DNA of 64,000 nucleotides from Lama glama (lineage: Eukaryota): positions 94,428,001-94,492,000 of the forward strand of contig CM052817.1 of assembly GCA_028534125.1 (NCBI GenBank), read 5' to 3'. Position 1 is the stretch's first letter. Each line of letters begins with the position of its first letter. A model generated the notes under the pieces. The model was given only the letters and a program-made list of their open reading frames with translations. It searched no databases and was not told the DNA's origin. The translations under genes were made by a program, and so were the position numbers. Shown here piece after piece: positions 63,710 to 64,000 of this stretch.

Positions 63710-64000
63710 ACACCCAGATACAACGTGGCTCTTTTTAGAACTTTTCAGGTTTATTAGAACAGGGAAACCGCAGAAATCCTCCCAGCTCCTCATTCTGTAT
63801 GACAAAGAGATTGCTTTTGTGTGGGTAAGAGGGAGATTTCAGGTAACTTTTTGACTTGTACACCACGTGTCAAAAGGACACCATCAAGATGCAAGTCCCG
63901 GTCCCACCATAGCCAGAAGACAGGCAGCTTCTCTGTGACAAGCTCCTGGGACTTACAATGTAGCTTTCAGAGACAGCCTTCTGTCTCTAGGTATTTTCAG

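Overview
Mammalian genomic DNA, most likely camelid: it carries a Vic-1-type tRNA-derived SINE and camelid-type L1 3' ends. The window is AT-rich and repeat-dense, and I cannot recognise any intact protein-coding gene. Main contents: (1) a 5.2-kb internally deleted class I (ERV1) provirus on the minus strand (69-5245), with two LTRs, a degenerate tRNA-Arg-like PBS, a PPT and a decayed env TM/immunosuppressive-domain relic; (2) an ERV-L/MaLR gag relic (~12.8-13.26 kb); (3) four ERV1-type solo or truncated LTRs; (4) a young L1 whose 5' and 3' ends and TSD bracket a 500-N assembly gap, so it is probably full length; (5) a disabled processed pseudogene of RTRAF (C14orf166/CGI-99) with TSD and poly(A); (6) a CpG-island promoter at ~53.0-53.6 kb with splice donors on both strands, probably bidirectional, gene not identified; (7) many L1, L2, MIR, MaLR and DNA-transposon relics. 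Nearly all ORFs in the supplied track are chance or repeat-derived. I found no convincing novel multi-gene system; the best leads concern retroelement architecture and possible regulatory co-option. Repeat family names are from memory of consensus sequences, and boundaries of old repeats are approximate.
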